Below the pieces are notes generated by a model. It saw only the letters and a program-made list of their open reading frames with translations. It made no database searches and had not been told where the DNA came from. Both the position numbers and the translations under genes were made by a program. From Candidatus Dojkabacteria bacterium (GTDB lineage: Bacteria > Patescibacteriota > Dojkabacteria > B142 > OLB20), in the NCBI GenBank assembly GCA_046753765.1, contig JBHHUN010000006.1, positions 130 through 64,129 of the forward strand: DNA of 64,000 bases, in the 5' to 3' direction. This document shows positions 1-10,502 of the stretch, in pieces (the first letter of the stretch is position 1; each line of letters begins with the position of its first letter).

Positions 1-681
1 GACTACTCCAGCGATATCATCAGGGTGCCCGACTCGGCCTGAGGGGTTGGCTTCAGCTGCTTGGTCAAAATCTTCGTCAGAGAGAATTGATCTGGTCAGA
101 CCTGTGTCGGTCAATCCTGGGGCGACACAGTTCACATTGATTCCATATTCACTAAATTCCAGCGCGCTTGCCTGAGTGAACTTAATTACACCAGCTGCTG
201 CTGGGCCATAAGCCCCAATCGTAGGGATAGTCTTTTCTTTTCCCATGCGCGACGCGATATTGACGATCCGTGGGTCGGGTGAATTTTTGAGTAATGGGAG
301 GGCATATTTTGTGACAGATAGCTTAGAAAACAAAACGACATCAATGACATAACGCATCTCCTTTAAAGTATATTCTTCGATGAGTTTTCCATAATCGAAT
401 CCTGCGTTGTTCACAACCAGATCAAGCTTGTCAGTGTATTCTTCAATCTTTTTGAACATGTCGGCAACCGCTTTGTCATCAGAGACATCAGCTTGTATCA
501 CAATGGAGTTTCTTCCAAGAGTGCGAACCTCGCGAGATACTTGATATGCGTCAGATTTTGACTTATTGAAGTGAATAAAAAGGTCGAAACCTTCTTTGGC
601 AAGCTCCAAAGCAATAGCCCTACCTATCCCTTTACTGGAACCTGTTACAAGTGCAATTTTTGATTCTGGTTTGAAATCCAT
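1..681 (-). CDS. SDR family oxidoreductase (FabG-like), runs off the window edge
   Basis: Not in the ORF track. Manual translation from ATG 681 gives MDFKPESKIALVTGSSKGIGRAIALELAKEG (TGxxxGIG Rossmann motif); VVNNAG and VNCVAPG follow. Confidence 0.9.
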   Translation of the reverse strand, partial: MDFKPESKIALVTGSSKGIGRAIALELAKEGFDLFIHFNKSKSDAYQVSREVRTLGRNSIVIQADVSDDKAVADMFKKIEEYTDKLDLVVNNAGFDYGKLIEEYTLKEMRYVIDVVLFSKLSVTKYALPLLKNSPDPRIVNIASRMGKEKTIPTIGAYGPAAAGVIKFTQASALEFSEYGINVNCVAPGLTDTGLTRSILSDEDFDQAAEANPSGRVGHPDDIAGVV

Positions 682-702
682 GAGATCATTTTACTTCTTA
701 CT

Positions 703-1530
703 ATGGGATCTGTTAAAATGTTGTCCACAATGGCCGACACTCGAGACGTAAAAGACATAAAACAAAGCTTGAGAAATCTCGGACTTGATGAACTTGAGAT
801 CAAGGTGTACCTTGCATCCCTCACAGAAGACAGCAGAAGCATCTTAGCCCTAAGCAGAGAAACAAAGATACCCAGAACCAGCGTTTACAGGGCTGCAGAT
901 GACCTTGTAAACAAAAACTTTGCCCACTGGGTGATTAAGGATAAATCGAAGCATCTGAGAGCTGTTAAGCCCGATAGTTTGGGGTTCCTGCTTGAGGACA
1001 AGCGCGAGCAACTTGAAAGCACAAAGAACTCTCTATACTCTCTTCAGATGATGGCCAGCCAGATAACAAAAAACGTTCCGCAGACTCAGGTGCGCTATTA
1101 CAAAGGAAAGGAAGGCATGAAGCAGCTAATCTGGAACACTCTTGATGCAGAAGAGGAGATAATTGGTTACTCGCAGTTTGGACGCAAAGTTGTTGTAGGA
1201 GACAAGTTTTATGACTCCTACGTAGCAGAATTTAAGAAGCGAGACATCCGCGACAGGGCGATCGGCAACGAAAATGCTTTGAAGTACGTAAGGGGATATG
1301 TTCTAACTGAAAAACACCAACAGACTACGGATGATGTCAGAATAGTTCCAACAACTAAGTTTTACGTTTCAGGCGACAACTCGATGTACAATAACATCTA
1401 CGCTGTGAGCTACTGGGACAAGGGCGAGATCGTAGGCATTGAGATAGAGAACGCCGAGCTGGTTAAGCTTCATACGAGCATATTCGAACTTATGTGGGAG
1501 ATTGCAAAGCCGGTAAATGAGTACCTGTAG
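703..1530 (+). CDS. TrmB family transcriptional regulator
   Basis: N-terminal LGLDELEIKVYLASL...RETKIPRTSVYR wHTH; VRYYKGKEG linker; PLD-like C-terminal sensor. True start may be 730. Confidence 0.85.
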   Translation: MGSVKMLSTMADTRDVKDIKQSLRNLGLDELEIKVYLASLTEDSRSILALSRETKIPRTSVYRAADDLVNKNFAHWVIKDKSKHLRAVKPDSLGFLLEDKREQLESTKNSLYSLQMMASQITKNVPQTQVRYYKGKEGMKQLIWNTLDAEEEIIGYSQFGRKVVVGDKFYDSYVAEFKKRDIRDRAIGNENALKYVRGYVLTEKHQQTTDDVRIVPTTKFYVSGDNSMYNNIYAVSYWDKGEIVGIEIENAELVKLHTSIFELMWEIAKPVNEYL

Positions 1531-1543
1531 CAACCTCAGCGGT

Positions 1544-2113
1544 TTAGAAGCCGAGCTCTTCTTTGATAGATCGCAGGGCTTTGATGACAAACTCAATGTG
1601 CTCATCAAGCTCAACGCCAAGTTCATCGGCGCCATCTCGTATATCATCGCGATTAACCTGAGCAGCAAAGCCCTTGTCTTTAAGCTTTTTCTTAACTGAT
1701 TTTGCTTTCAGATCATCCAGCCCATTTGGCCTAACACGTGCAACTGCAACAATGAAACCAGCCAGCTCATCGCATGCAAACAGAGCTGAGTCAAATTTAC
1801 TCCTCCGCTCTTCAAAATAGTTTTGGGGATACTGATCACTATTGTTACCGTGACTTGCTATGGCCTGCACAATGCCATCGTCAACATTCATCTCTTTAAG
1901 CCTCTCAACTATCACCCTCGGATGGTCATCAGAAAATTTCTCCCAGTCAGCGTCGTGAAGTAGGCCTGCTATCCCCCACTTGTCTTCATCCTCGCCTAAC
2001 TTCTTGGCATAGGCCCGCATTGCTGCTTCGACGGCATACATATGCCTTTTGAGGTTCTCATTATCTACAAACTCGTTAAGTAATATGATGGCACTTCTGC
2101 GCTGAGGGATCAT
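1544..2113 (-). CDS. HD-domain (HDIG-type) metal-dependent hydrolase
   Basis: NLKRH...GLLHDAD...SH...ACDEL...KDKGFAAQVNRDDI motifs. Confidence 0.85.
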   Translation of the reverse strand: MIPQRRSAIILLNEFVDNENLKRHMYAVEAAMRAYAKKLGEDEDKWGIAGLLHDADWEKFSDDHPRVIVERLKEMNVDDGIVQAIASHGNNSDQYPQNYFEERRSKFDSALFACDELAGFIVAVARVRPNGLDDLKAKSVKKKLKDKGFAAQVNRDDIRDGADELGVELDEHIEFVIKALRSIKEELGF

Positions 2114-2218
2114 ACTAGATATATCTTAAAATTTAAAAGCAGGATCATTATAAAGGAAAATAACTCTGGAAAGAAATATTACCGAGATATGCCTACTGGA
2201 GTTGGGCTCGCAAGTCCG

Positions 2219-2968
2219 CTACTGTGAGCTCCAGATGCGTCCGCTTCCTGTGACGTTTTCGGTGACTTCGGGATTTCCTTCGTATAGTATCTCCCCGCTG
2301 CCATTTACATTTGCACTTAAGCTGGTTCGGCAATTTACTTTGATAGTCCCCGATCCATTTATGGTAGCATTACAATCCCTTGCCCGAAGATTGTAACTTG
2401 AGACAGCTCCGGGGCCGTTCACGGTGACTCCAAACTGTTCAACGTTTCCTGCGACCTCTGTTGAACCCGATCCGTTAATGACGATGTCCAGATTACTTGC
2501 GAAAAGATCAAGGGTGACACTTCCAGAACCGGAGACGTTAACATCCAGGCTTTGAGATTGTAGTCTTGGTGCGGTTATGAGACCCGAACCAGATACCGTT
2601 AACTCATTTATGGTTGTAACGGTCAGGTTGTAGACAATAGGCTTTGTGGGGATCAGATTGAAAAAGATTGTGTTGCGTCTCTTGATTGTGAGGGTACCAT
2701 CTACGACTTCGGTAACAATATTTTCAAGGATGTTGTCTTCTCCTTGAATTTCCAGTTTTGGTTCCGATCCCTGGGTTAAAATGATCTCCCCGGTTGTGGC
2801 CAGGTTTATCGCCTGAAATTCACCGATTTCTCTCTTCTGATTGATTACGTTTCCGGATCCGACAAGTGTGGACCTGAAGATGGATATAGATGCAATACCA
2901 CATACCGTACACAGGGCCATAAGGGCAAGTACTACGGTCAGGATTATGTACTTTGTTTTTTTGCTCAA
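2219..2968 (-). CDS. Membrane-anchored DUF2807 / head-GIN adhesin-like protein
   Basis: N-terminal TM; repeated xVSGSGxI beta-helix motifs; YEGNP at the C-terminus. Confidence 0.85.
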   Translation of the reverse strand: MSKKTKYIILTVVLALMALCTVCGIASISIFRSTLVGSGNVINQKREIGEFQAINLATTGEIILTQGSEPKLEIQGEDNILENIVTEVVDGTLTIKRRNTIFFNLIPTKPIVYNLTVTTINELTVSGSGLITAPRLQSQSLDVNVSGSGSVTLDLFASNLDIVINGSGSTEVAGNVEQFGVTVNGPGAVSSYNLRARDCNATINGSGTIKVNCRTSLSANVNGSGEILYEGNPEVTENVTGSGRIWSSQ

Positions 2969-3183
2969 GGGGGCGACATTAACTAAAAGTATGTTAATGC
3001 AAATATACTAGAAAGTCCATACGGACTTGGCGATTGTATATTTCGATAAAACAGATCTCGCGGCTGACACAAATGGGGTCGACTTTCTTGTTTCCCTCTG
3101 GTTTAGCCAATTCCGATTTTCTTTGTAAAACAAATTGTTACCTTACTTGAATGTGTATACAATAAGGGAACAATAGCTAACCC

Positions 3184-3924
3184 ATGTTTGTCGAAGATTT
3201 TACTAAAATCGGTCTTAACAAAGGCGAGGCGGAGATCTATGACTCTTTGCTTCAATTTGGTTCGTCCTCTGCCAGTGAGCTGGCAAAGAAGACCGACATT
3301 GGACGCACCAATGTTTATGAGTACGCGAATGGTCTCGTAAAAAAGGGGCTCGCAACTCAGATCGAAAAAAGCAACAAGATCTTCTTCAGGGCCGAGAACC
3401 CAAAGTTGCTCAGAGACCTTGCCCAGAAACAGTTGAGAGAGGCAAAAGAGATCACTAGCTCGTTCTCTTCTCTCCTGCCCAGGATCGAAGAGCTATATAA
3501 CAAAAATGTTTCAAAACCACTGATCGTTTTTTACCAGGGAGCATCCGGATACAACGAATTGATGGAGAAGATCTACCTGGAGACCGAGGATTGTTCAATC
3601 TGTCACCTGGTTCCCGATCTTGACCTCTACACCCCACCCGAGCCGAAGTACCGCAATACGTTTATCCGAAAAAATATCTTTACAAACCTCATAGCTAACA
3701 AAGGTGAGGCCATCGGTGAATTAAACAAACGGGATAAAAGGGCCCTTCGCAGGACAATAGTCGTTCCGGCTAAAGATTTTGCTATTAAGCAGGATATGGT
3801 TTTGTTTGAAGACAATATTGCTTTTGGAGACCTCAGCAAAGATAGTTTTAGCGCAACACTTATCAAGAATGACGGCCTGACCAAGCTCCTAAAATCCCTA
3901 TGTACAACACTTATGAGGAGCTGA
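3184..3924 (+). CDS. TrmB family transcriptional regulator (second paralog)
   Basis: IGLNKGEAEIYDSLL...LAKKTDIGRTNVYE wHTH; VFYQG linker. Confidence 0.85.
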   Translation: MFVEDFTKIGLNKGEAEIYDSLLQFGSSSASELAKKTDIGRTNVYEYANGLVKKGLATQIEKSNKIFFRAENPKLLRDLAQKQLREAKEITSSFSSLLPRIEELYNKNVSKPLIVFYQGASGYNELMEKIYLETEDCSICHLVPDLDLYTPPEPKYRNTFIRKNIFTNLIANKGEAIGELNKRDKRALRRTIVVPAKDFAIKQDMVLFEDNIAFGDLSKDSFSATLIKNDGLTKLLKSLCTTLMRS

Positions 3925-3986
3925 TTGTTACTCCTTGTTTTTAGAAACTGTAACCCCCACCGTCTAATAGTATAAACAGACAACCC

Positions 3987-4532
3987 GTGAACGAAGCCGA
4001 CTTGATAAAAGCAGCCAAGAAAAATGACGAAACAGCAATCGCTTTACTGTACAAGGCAAATTTTGACTGGCTATACAGGTTTGTGCGCTCCAGGGTTGAT
4101 GGCGATGAGACCGCAGAAGATATTACAGCGGATGCATTTTACAACGCATTTGCAAATATCAGTAAGTTTCGTGCAAAAAGCACCTTTAAAACATGGATCT
4201 ATACAATTGCTAGAAACGAGGTTACGGGTTGGTACCGCAGGAAAGATAAGACTATTTCTTTAAGCTTTGAGCCAGAGGGATATGAACACCGAGAGCGACA
4301 TCCCGAAGATCACAATTTGCAGGAAGCAGATAACTCAGGAGTAGAGAAACTTGTGAAAAAGATCCTCGGTCAGATGAAAGATAGGTACCGCGAAGTCCTG
4401 GAGCTAAGATATATCAGCAGGCTCAGCGTCAAGGAAACAGCGCTTGCGATGGAGATAAGTGAAAATAACGCAAAAGTTTTACAAAACCGCGCGCTTGCAA
4501 AGGCACGGAAAATTATGAACTTCAAACAATGA
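3987..4532 (+). CDS. ECF-type RNA polymerase sigma factor
   Basis: Region 2 (AEDITADAF...FKTWIYTIARN) and region 4 (YREVLELRY...SVKETALAMEISENNAKVLQNRAL). Confidence 0.92.
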   Translation: MNEADLIKAAKKNDETAIALLYKANFDWLYRFVRSRVDGDETAEDITADAFYNAFANISKFRAKSTFKTWIYTIARNEVTGWYRRKDKTISLSFEPEGYEHRERHPEDHNLQEADNSGVEKLVKKILGQMKDRYREVLELRYISRLSVKETALAMEISENNAKVLQNRALAKARKIMNFKQ

Positions 4533-5605
4533 AAAACGACATCGCAAACCTTTTTGAACAATACAGTGGTGAAATAAAACCTTCTGCTGCAGCAGAAGAG
4601 AGAGTATATGCCAATATCTCACAGCGCTTGAGAGACAGGCAAAGCAGTCTATTTTTTAAATTTAAAATGATGAGATACAAATTGTTTTCATTAAAGACCG
4701 GAGTGATCTTGGCACCGATCATCTTTGCCCTTGGCGCAGTGATGCTCCTCCTTCCCACGCTGTATATGGGGGCGCAGTTGGGATATGTTCCGGATCTGGC
4801 TCGCAATAGTGCGACTGATTTAGGAACTCCAGACACAGAGAAATTTGGTATCGGTAGTGAGCGTGCAGGCGAAAAGCCAGTTACATCAGAGGGGATGCTT
4901 TTCGATGGGAGTGACAATGATCTATATCCAATACCACCGCAACAAGAAAAAGAGGATACAGACACTCCTGAAACATCGAGAGCCAAAGAACAAACGGCGT
5001 ATTTTGTACTTGAAAGCTCGGATGTAAATTCCAGTTACGAGAGCGTTCGGTCGCTGGCCTCAACCCTTGAGGGATATATTAAGAGTGTAAATCTTGAAGG
5101 TGGAAAAAAGAAGACGGCCTACATAACGTTGAGGCTTCCCGCTGAGAAGTTTGAGCTTGCTCTTGGGAAGCTGAGAGATATGGACGTAGAGATTGTGAGT
5201 GAGTCGATAAGTACTGTTGACAGGCAAAACGAGCTCACCGAGATAACAGACAGTAGGAAGGCACTCCAGGATCAGATAAAGGAGATAGAGAAGAAACTTG
5301 CTGGAAACCCGAAGGATTCAGAACGGCAGACGCTCAAGTTTCAACTGGAGGTTGCGAAAGACGATCTGGAGTACTACAACAGTCAGATGGAGGGAGTAAA
5401 AACAGATACTCAGTACTCTACTCTGACCGTTACAATCCAGCAGGCGAAGCTTGGCAGCATATTCGGGAACCTTGAGGATGGAGTAAACAATGCAGTTATC
5501 TTCTGGGCACAGGTATTTGCCTGGATACTGATACCAGTTGGATTCGCACTTCCGGTCGTTGTAGTGGTACTTGTTCTTTACAAGCTTCTACGACGCAGGA
5601 AGTAG
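4529..5605 (+). CDS. DUF4349-like membrane protein with N-terminal anti-sigma-like segment
   Basis: ATGA overlap with the sigma gene; short cytoplasmic N-terminus plus TM; LEGYI...ITLRLPAEKFE...coiled coil...YSTLTVTI; C-terminal TM. Confidence 0.7.
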   Translation: MKNDIANLFEQYSGEIKPSAAAEERVYANISQRLRDRQSSLFFKFKMMRYKLFSLKTGVILAPIIFALGAVMLLLPTLYMGAQLGYVPDLARNSATDLGTPDTEKFGIGSERAGEKPVTSEGMLFDGSDNDLYPIPPQQEKEDTDTPETSRAKEQTAYFVLESSDVNSSYESVRSLASTLEGYIKSVNLEGGKKKTAYITLRLPAEKFELALGKLRDMDVEIVSESISTVDRQNELTEITDSRKALQDQIKEIEKKLAGNPKDSERQTLKFQLEVAKDDLEYYNSQMEGVKTDTQYSTLTVTIQQAKLGSIFGNLEDGVNNAVIFWAQVFAWILIPVGFALPVVVVVLVLYKLLRRRK

Positions 5606-5639
5606 TGGTTGCTTCGAAGTTAGTTAGTTCCGAGAATCC

Positions 5640-5671
5640 AATCTCCCTGCTTTAGCGGGGAGATTCTATTT
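5640..5671 (+). terminator. Intrinsic terminator candidate after the sigma/DUF4349 pair
   Basis: Stem AATCTCCCTGC-TTTA-GCGGGGAGATT followed by CTATTTT. Confidence 0.65.
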
Positions 5672-5726
5672 TGCTCCCCTCTCTCTTATGCTGTGATAGA
5701 ATGGACCATAATTCGCTTCTCCATTC

Positions 5727-7499
5727 ATGAAAGATAAACCAGTCAGTTGGAAGCTTTCCGATATCCTAAAACAAAATGAGTTTGAAGATCTGAAGCTCAA
5801 GATTCAGAAGGATATTAAGCGTTTTGCAGCTATGTGCAAACGGCTCTCTCCAGGAATGTCTCCAAAAAAGTTTAAGCAGATAGTTTTGCTTTCAGAGAAG
5901 ATCAGTGAAGATTTCTCGCGACTCTACGATCTTCCGGCCCTCATGGAGTCGGTCGACCAGCAGGCACCAAAACCAAAAAAAATGAAAGAACAGGCCAAGG
6001 ACGTTGAAATTGAGATTGAAAATTCCACAAGGCCGTTTTGGCACTGGATTAAGGGTAAGCGGGTTAAAGGTATTCGCAAGTTAGACAATAGGAATGCGCG
6101 ACGACTGTTCTCTTCTTTCCCTAAGATGAGATATATTTTGGAGAGAACTAAGGGAGCTGCTAAGTATACCCTAAGTGAATCGGAAGAGAGAATCTTAACT
6201 TTGAGCCAGGCTACAGGAATTTCAACCCTGTTAGATCTGAGATCTTTGATCGAGACAGAGCAGATATATCAAGTCAAGATCAAAGGTAAGTCTAAAAAAA
6301 TATCTACCACTAGCGAGCTCATGAAGCATGTGTATTCAGGAGATCCAAAGACGAGGAGATCGGCGTATAAGTCACTGTTTAAGGTCTATGAGCAGAATTT
6401 GATGAAGTACTTTCTCGTATATCAGTCACGGGTAAAGGATTGGGGACACGAGGTCGCCCTTAGGAGTTTCCCCACTCCCCTCTCCATGCGAAACGAGGCA
6501 AACGATATAGAGGACGAAACGGTTGATCTTCTCCTTGAAGTTGTCAGGGAAAACAGAGGTATTTTTCATGAGTATTTCCATTTAAAATCCAAGCGCTTGG
6601 GGACGAAAAAGCTTTCCAGGTACGACATATACGCTCCTATCGGTGATGAGAGACGTGAGCATATCCCCTACTCTTACGCTGTAAACATTGTTTTGGATAC
6701 TTTCGCAGAGTTTTCAAACAGTTTCGCCGATCACGCCAGGAGTATTGTTAATGAAGAGCATATCGATTCTCATCCATCCGAATCAAAGCAATCCGGCGCA
6801 TTTTGTGCAACCATTGGACCAAAGATTACACCTTACATTCTACTGAATTATACTGGTAGGAAACGTGATATCTCTACATTAGCACACGAACTCGGACACG
6901 GAATCCATTCTCTCTTCGCCAGTAAGCAGACAGTTACAGGTCAAAATGCTCCTCTTCCACTGGCCGAAACTGCTTCAACTTTCGGTGAGATGATAACCTT
7001 CGAAAGGCTTCTCTCAGAAGAGAGTTCTGTTTCACAGAAACGAGAAATGCTGATGGAAAAAGTCGCCGATTCGTACGCTACAATTCTCAGGCAGATGTAC
7101 TTTTTAACCTTTGAGATTAAAGCTCACAACGTGATATCCAAAGGGACAACTCCAGAGAGCCTCTCAGAATTGTTCTACTCTACTCTCAAAGAACAGTTTG
7201 GAAGCTCTGTAGTCATCCCCAAAGATTTCAGATACGAGTGGGCATATATTCCACACATCGTAAGAACCCCGTTTTATGTTTACGCATACGCTTTCGGTGA
7301 ATTGCTCTCTCTAGCACTCTACTCCCGCTACAAGTCCGAAGGCAAACAGTTCATCTCCAAGTTTATCCACATACTGGCTGCGGGCAAAACAGTCAAGCCA
7401 AGCAAGTTACTCAAAGAGATTGGTATTGATATCAGTCAAAAGTCTTTCTGGCAAGGAAGTTTCGAGGTAATTAGCTCCTGGATAAAGGCGGCTGGATAA
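5727..7499 (+). CDS. pepF: Oligoendopeptidase F (M3B peptidase)
   Basis: KQSGAFC, TLAHELGH zinc motif, LAETASTF, WAYIPH, FYVYAYAFG. Confidence 0.9.
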   Translation: MKDKPVSWKLSDILKQNEFEDLKLKIQKDIKRFAAMCKRLSPGMSPKKFKQIVLLSEKISEDFSRLYDLPALMESVDQQAPKPKKMKEQAKDVEIEIENSTRPFWHWIKGKRVKGIRKLDNRNARRLFSSFPKMRYILERTKGAAKYTLSESEERILTLSQATGISTLLDLRSLIETEQIYQVKIKGKSKKISTTSELMKHVYSGDPKTRRSAYKSLFKVYEQNLMKYFLVYQSRVKDWGHEVALRSFPTPLSMRNEANDIEDETVDLLLEVVRENRGIFHEYFHLKSKRLGTKKLSRYDIYAPIGDERREHIPYSYAVNIVLDTFAEFSNSFADHARSIVNEEHIDSHPSESKQSGAFCATIGPKITPYILLNYTGRKRDISTLAHELGHGIHSLFASKQTVTGQNAPLPLAETASTFGEMITFERLLSEESSVSQKREMLMEKVADSYATILRQMYFLTFEIKAHNVISKGTTPESLSELFYSTLKEQFGSSVVIPKDFRYEWAYIPHIVRTPFYVYAYAFGELLSLALYSRYKSEGKQFISKFIHILAAGKTVKPSKLLKEIGIDISQKSFWQGSFEVISSWIKAAG

Positions 7500-7643
7500 C
7501 CCTTGTGGACAAGGGCTTGCACGTGAACGTCGATCCCCTTCTTTAGCAGTTTAACGCAGCGGTGGGTTTTAGTGTGGACAACTTTCGGCAATTACAAGTG
7601 AAAGTTAAGAAATAATTAAGACTTGGTGTCTATAATGCGATCT

Positions 7644-9110
7644 ATGTTTAATGTAGTACAAACAATCGCTCTTCGGGGCTTAGAGGGGAGGGTAGTTGAT
7701 GTAGAGGTTGACATCAGCTCAGGATTATCACGATTCGAGATTGTAGGACTACCCGGGAAGGCCATTCAAGAATCCAAACAGAGGGTAATGGCGGCAATAA
7801 ACAACTCGGGATTCAAATTTCCTCACCAACGAATCACGATCAACCTAACTCCGGCCGATCTAAATAAAAAAGGCTCAGGATACGACCTGCCAATTGCCGT
7901 AGGTATACTCTTAACCTCTGGCCAGCTACCGCAACTAAAGAAAGGGATCTTTTGGGGGGCATTATCCCTTGAGGGCCAGACGCTTGCAGCAAATGGAGCT
8001 GTTGTAATTGCCGATGCGGTTCGGGAACTTGGGTTTAAAAGGCTATTTCTTGCAGAGATAAACGCCTCTGAAGCGGGGATTATTGCGGGAATAGATTTGG
8101 TCCCTATCAAAAGCCTTACTGCTATGCGAGATCCGGTTGCGTTAGAAACTGTAGCTCAACGAAATCCAAAATTCTCAGCACATGCAAATGCCAAGAGCGG
8201 CCCAGGAGAGGTTCCGGATATCTCTGAGATAAAGGGGCAAGCACAGGCAAAGAGAGCACTTGAGATTGCCGCAGCAGGAGGGCACAATCTGTTAATGTCA
8301 GGAAGCCCTGGATCTGGAAAAACCATGCTGGCGCGCTCTATGGCGGGAATTCTCCCAGAGATGAGTTTTAGCGAGCAAATTGAAGTGACTAAGATATACA
8401 GCGTGTCGGGAAAAATTGATATGGAGGGAAGCGTCGTATCACAAAGACCATTTAGAAACCCACACCATACAAGCTCGCATGTGGCACTAATAGGTGGAGG
8501 GAGTAGCCCAAGGCCTGGAGAAGTTTCGCTTGCGCACAAGGGAGTACTATTTCTTGACGAATTTCCAGAATTCTCAAATTACGCACTCGAATCGTTAAGG
8601 CAGCCCCTTGAGGATAAAGCTGTGAATATATCCCGCGCAGGTGTGTCTGTTCAATATCCAGCAGACTTCACGTTGCTTGCGGCGATGAACCCATGCAGGT
8701 GTGGTAACCTGACAGACCAGGACAGAGAGTGTACGTGCTCCCCAGCGGATATTAATCGTTACCAAAAGAGAATCAGTGGACCAATAACTGACCGGATTGA
8801 CATGAAGATCGCTGTCAATAGAGTGAACTCGACCGACCTTTTTGGATCTGGAGGTGGGGAGAGATCCGCTATGGTTAGTCAGAGAGTAGGGGAGTGCAGA
8901 AAGGTCCAGCTCGCAAGAGCGCCTGGTAAAAGCAAGACGGCAATCAGCAAAAGTGGTGAACGGATTCTGAAGCAGTCATTTGAGGTATTGAAGCTTAGTG
9001 TTCGCAGCTATAATAAAACCCTGGGTGTGGCTAGAACAATCGCTGATCTTGATAAGAGCGATGAGATTAAGAAAGTTCATGTAACAGAGGCTTTGAGCTA
9101 CAGAATCTGA
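7644..9110 (+). CDS. comM: YifB/ComM Mg-chelatase-like AAA+ ATPase
   Basis: IVGLP, NLTPADLNKKGSGYDLPIA, GSPGSGKT, RPFRNPHH, GVLFLDEFPEF, ISGPITDRID. Start placed at MFNVVQT (ORF track gives 7623). Confidence 0.92.
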   Translation: MFNVVQTIALRGLEGRVVDVEVDISSGLSRFEIVGLPGKAIQESKQRVMAAINNSGFKFPHQRITINLTPADLNKKGSGYDLPIAVGILLTSGQLPQLKKGIFWGALSLEGQTLAANGAVVIADAVRELGFKRLFLAEINASEAGIIAGIDLVPIKSLTAMRDPVALETVAQRNPKFSAHANAKSGPGEVPDISEIKGQAQAKRALEIAAAGGHNLLMSGSPGSGKTMLARSMAGILPEMSFSEQIEVTKIYSVSGKIDMEGSVVSQRPFRNPHHTSSHVALIGGGSSPRPGEVSLAHKGVLFLDEFPEFSNYALESLRQPLEDKAVNISRAGVSVQYPADFTLLAAMNPCRCGNLTDQDRECTCSPADINRYQKRISGPITDRIDMKIAVNRVNSTDLFGSGGGERSAMVSQRVGECRKVQLARAPGKSKTAISKSGERILKQSFEVLKLSVRSYNKTLGVARTIADLDKSDEIKKVHVTEALSYRI

Positions 9111-9673
9111 GTGCGCTCCTTATGTTTCTCGACATATTTGTCGAGATCTGCACTCTTCCTGATATTCTTGGGGTTTTTTATGTACTTAAGAAAAAGAATG
9201 CCGTCCAGATGGTCTATTTCGTGTTGTATAAGATGGGAGAAGAATCCGTCTCCGGTAAGTGTTTTTGTCTTCCCGTTGGGAGCTGTAAACTCTGCAGTAG
9301 CAATCTCAGGTCTATCAACTGGACCCCAAAGCTGATCGTCACCTTTACCGATGCTCAGGCAGGCCTCCCAAATAAGAGACTGTTGAGCTGATCTTTCAAC
9401 TATCACCGGATTGATCATCACAGTCCAAAGCTCATCATCGGCGATCTTCCCACGACCGGTATCGTCTTCCAGGTCAACCCTTCTGACAACACAGATTCTC
9501 AGGTTCGAGTCAATTTGCGGCGCGGCAAGCCCAGCTGTATCTCTTTCGTTCGCCTTGCAGGTATCGAGCAGGTCAGAAATTAAAGACTTGACCTCGGCAG
9601 CATTTATGTCCGTGACTTTTTTAGTCTTTTGGGTTAGAATCGGGTTTCCGATTTGTACTATATCCTTTACCAT
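9098..9673 (-). CDS. def: Peptide deformylase
   Basis: GLAAPQI, EACLS and QHEIDHLDG motifs. Confidence 0.93.
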   Translation of the reverse strand: MVKDIVQIGNPILTQKTKKVTDINAAEVKSLISDLLDTCKANERDTAGLAAPQIDSNLRICVVRRVDLEDDTGRGKIADDELWTVMINPVIVERSAQQSLIWEACLSIGKGDDQLWGPVDRPEIATAEFTAPNGKTKTLTGDGFFSHLIQHEIDHLDGILFLKYIKNPKNIRKSADLDKYVEKHKERTQIL

Positions 9674-9695
9674 GCAATGATTTTAACATAAATCG

Positions 9696-10502
9696 ATGAG
9701 AATACTGTTTATTGGGGATGTATCCGGCAGACCAGGACGAGAAATGGTCGGTAGGGTACTCCCTAAACTCAAAAAACAGAAGAAGATTGATCTGGTTATT
9801 GCAAACGCAGAAAATTCTGCTGGTGGAATCGGTATCACAATCCCAATGCTTACCGAGCTTCAAGGTTACGGTGTCGACTTCTTCACCTCAGGAGACCACG
9901 TTTGGAAAGATAGAGAGTTCATTGAAGAGCTGAACGATGCAAACCTGCCACTTGTTAGACCGCTGAATTACGAGGCGCAGGAGCAATTGCCCGGTAAGGG
10001 ATACGACATAATTGATATGGGCAGCAAGGGTAGGGTAGTAGTAACCAATTTTCTTGGCCAGACATTTATGAACCAGCCTGTTAGAAATCCTTTTTGGAGA
10101 GCAGATGAGCTAATGCAGGAGCTTGAAGAGCAGGGGATAAATAGTGAGAAAGATGTAATACTGATAGATTTTCATGCAGAGGCTACCGCAGAGAAGATTT
10201 CGTTTGGATACTACTTGAGTGATAAGGTGACGGCCGTGCTTGGTACACACACACATGTACCAACCTCTGACGAGAGGCTTGTTAATGGTATGGCCTACGT
10301 CACTGATGTAGGAATGGTTGGGCCGCTGGATGCGTCGCTGTGGGCCGACTTTGAGAATATTGTCCATAACTTCAAATTCCCTTTCAAGCGTAGAATGAAG
10401 ATGAAAAAGAACGGAAGAATCGTTTTTAACTCAGTGTTAATTGAAACCAAAAAGGGTGAGGCAGTCAGCATAGAACGGATCGATAAGATCGATGAAGTGT
10501 AA
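9696..10502 (+). CDS. ymdB: YmdB family metallophosphoesterase
   Basis: ILFIGDV, NAEN, TSGDH, DFHAEATAEK, GTHTHV, TDVGMVG. Confidence 0.92.
   Translation: MRILFIGDVSGRPGREMVGRVLPKLKKQKKIDLVIANAENSAGGIGITIPMLTELQGYGVDFFTSGDHVWKDREFIEELNDANLPLVRPLNYEAQEQLPGKGYDIIDMGSKGRVVVTNFLGQTFMNQPVRNPFWRADELMQELEEQGINSEKDVILIDFHAEATAEKISFGYYLSDKVTAVLGTHTHVPTSDERLVNGMAYVTDVGMVGPLDASLWADFENIVHNFKFPFKRRMKMKKNGRIVFNSVLIETKKGEAVSIERIDKIDEV

Noticed and set aside
3943-3975. ECF autoregulatory promoter (GAAAC/TGTAAC ... CGTC)
   Set aside because: Spacing of 6-12 nt does not fit the usual ~16 nt.
7363-7620. oriC
   Set aside because: Few perfect DnaA boxes, short intergenic space, and no dnaA/dnaN nearby.
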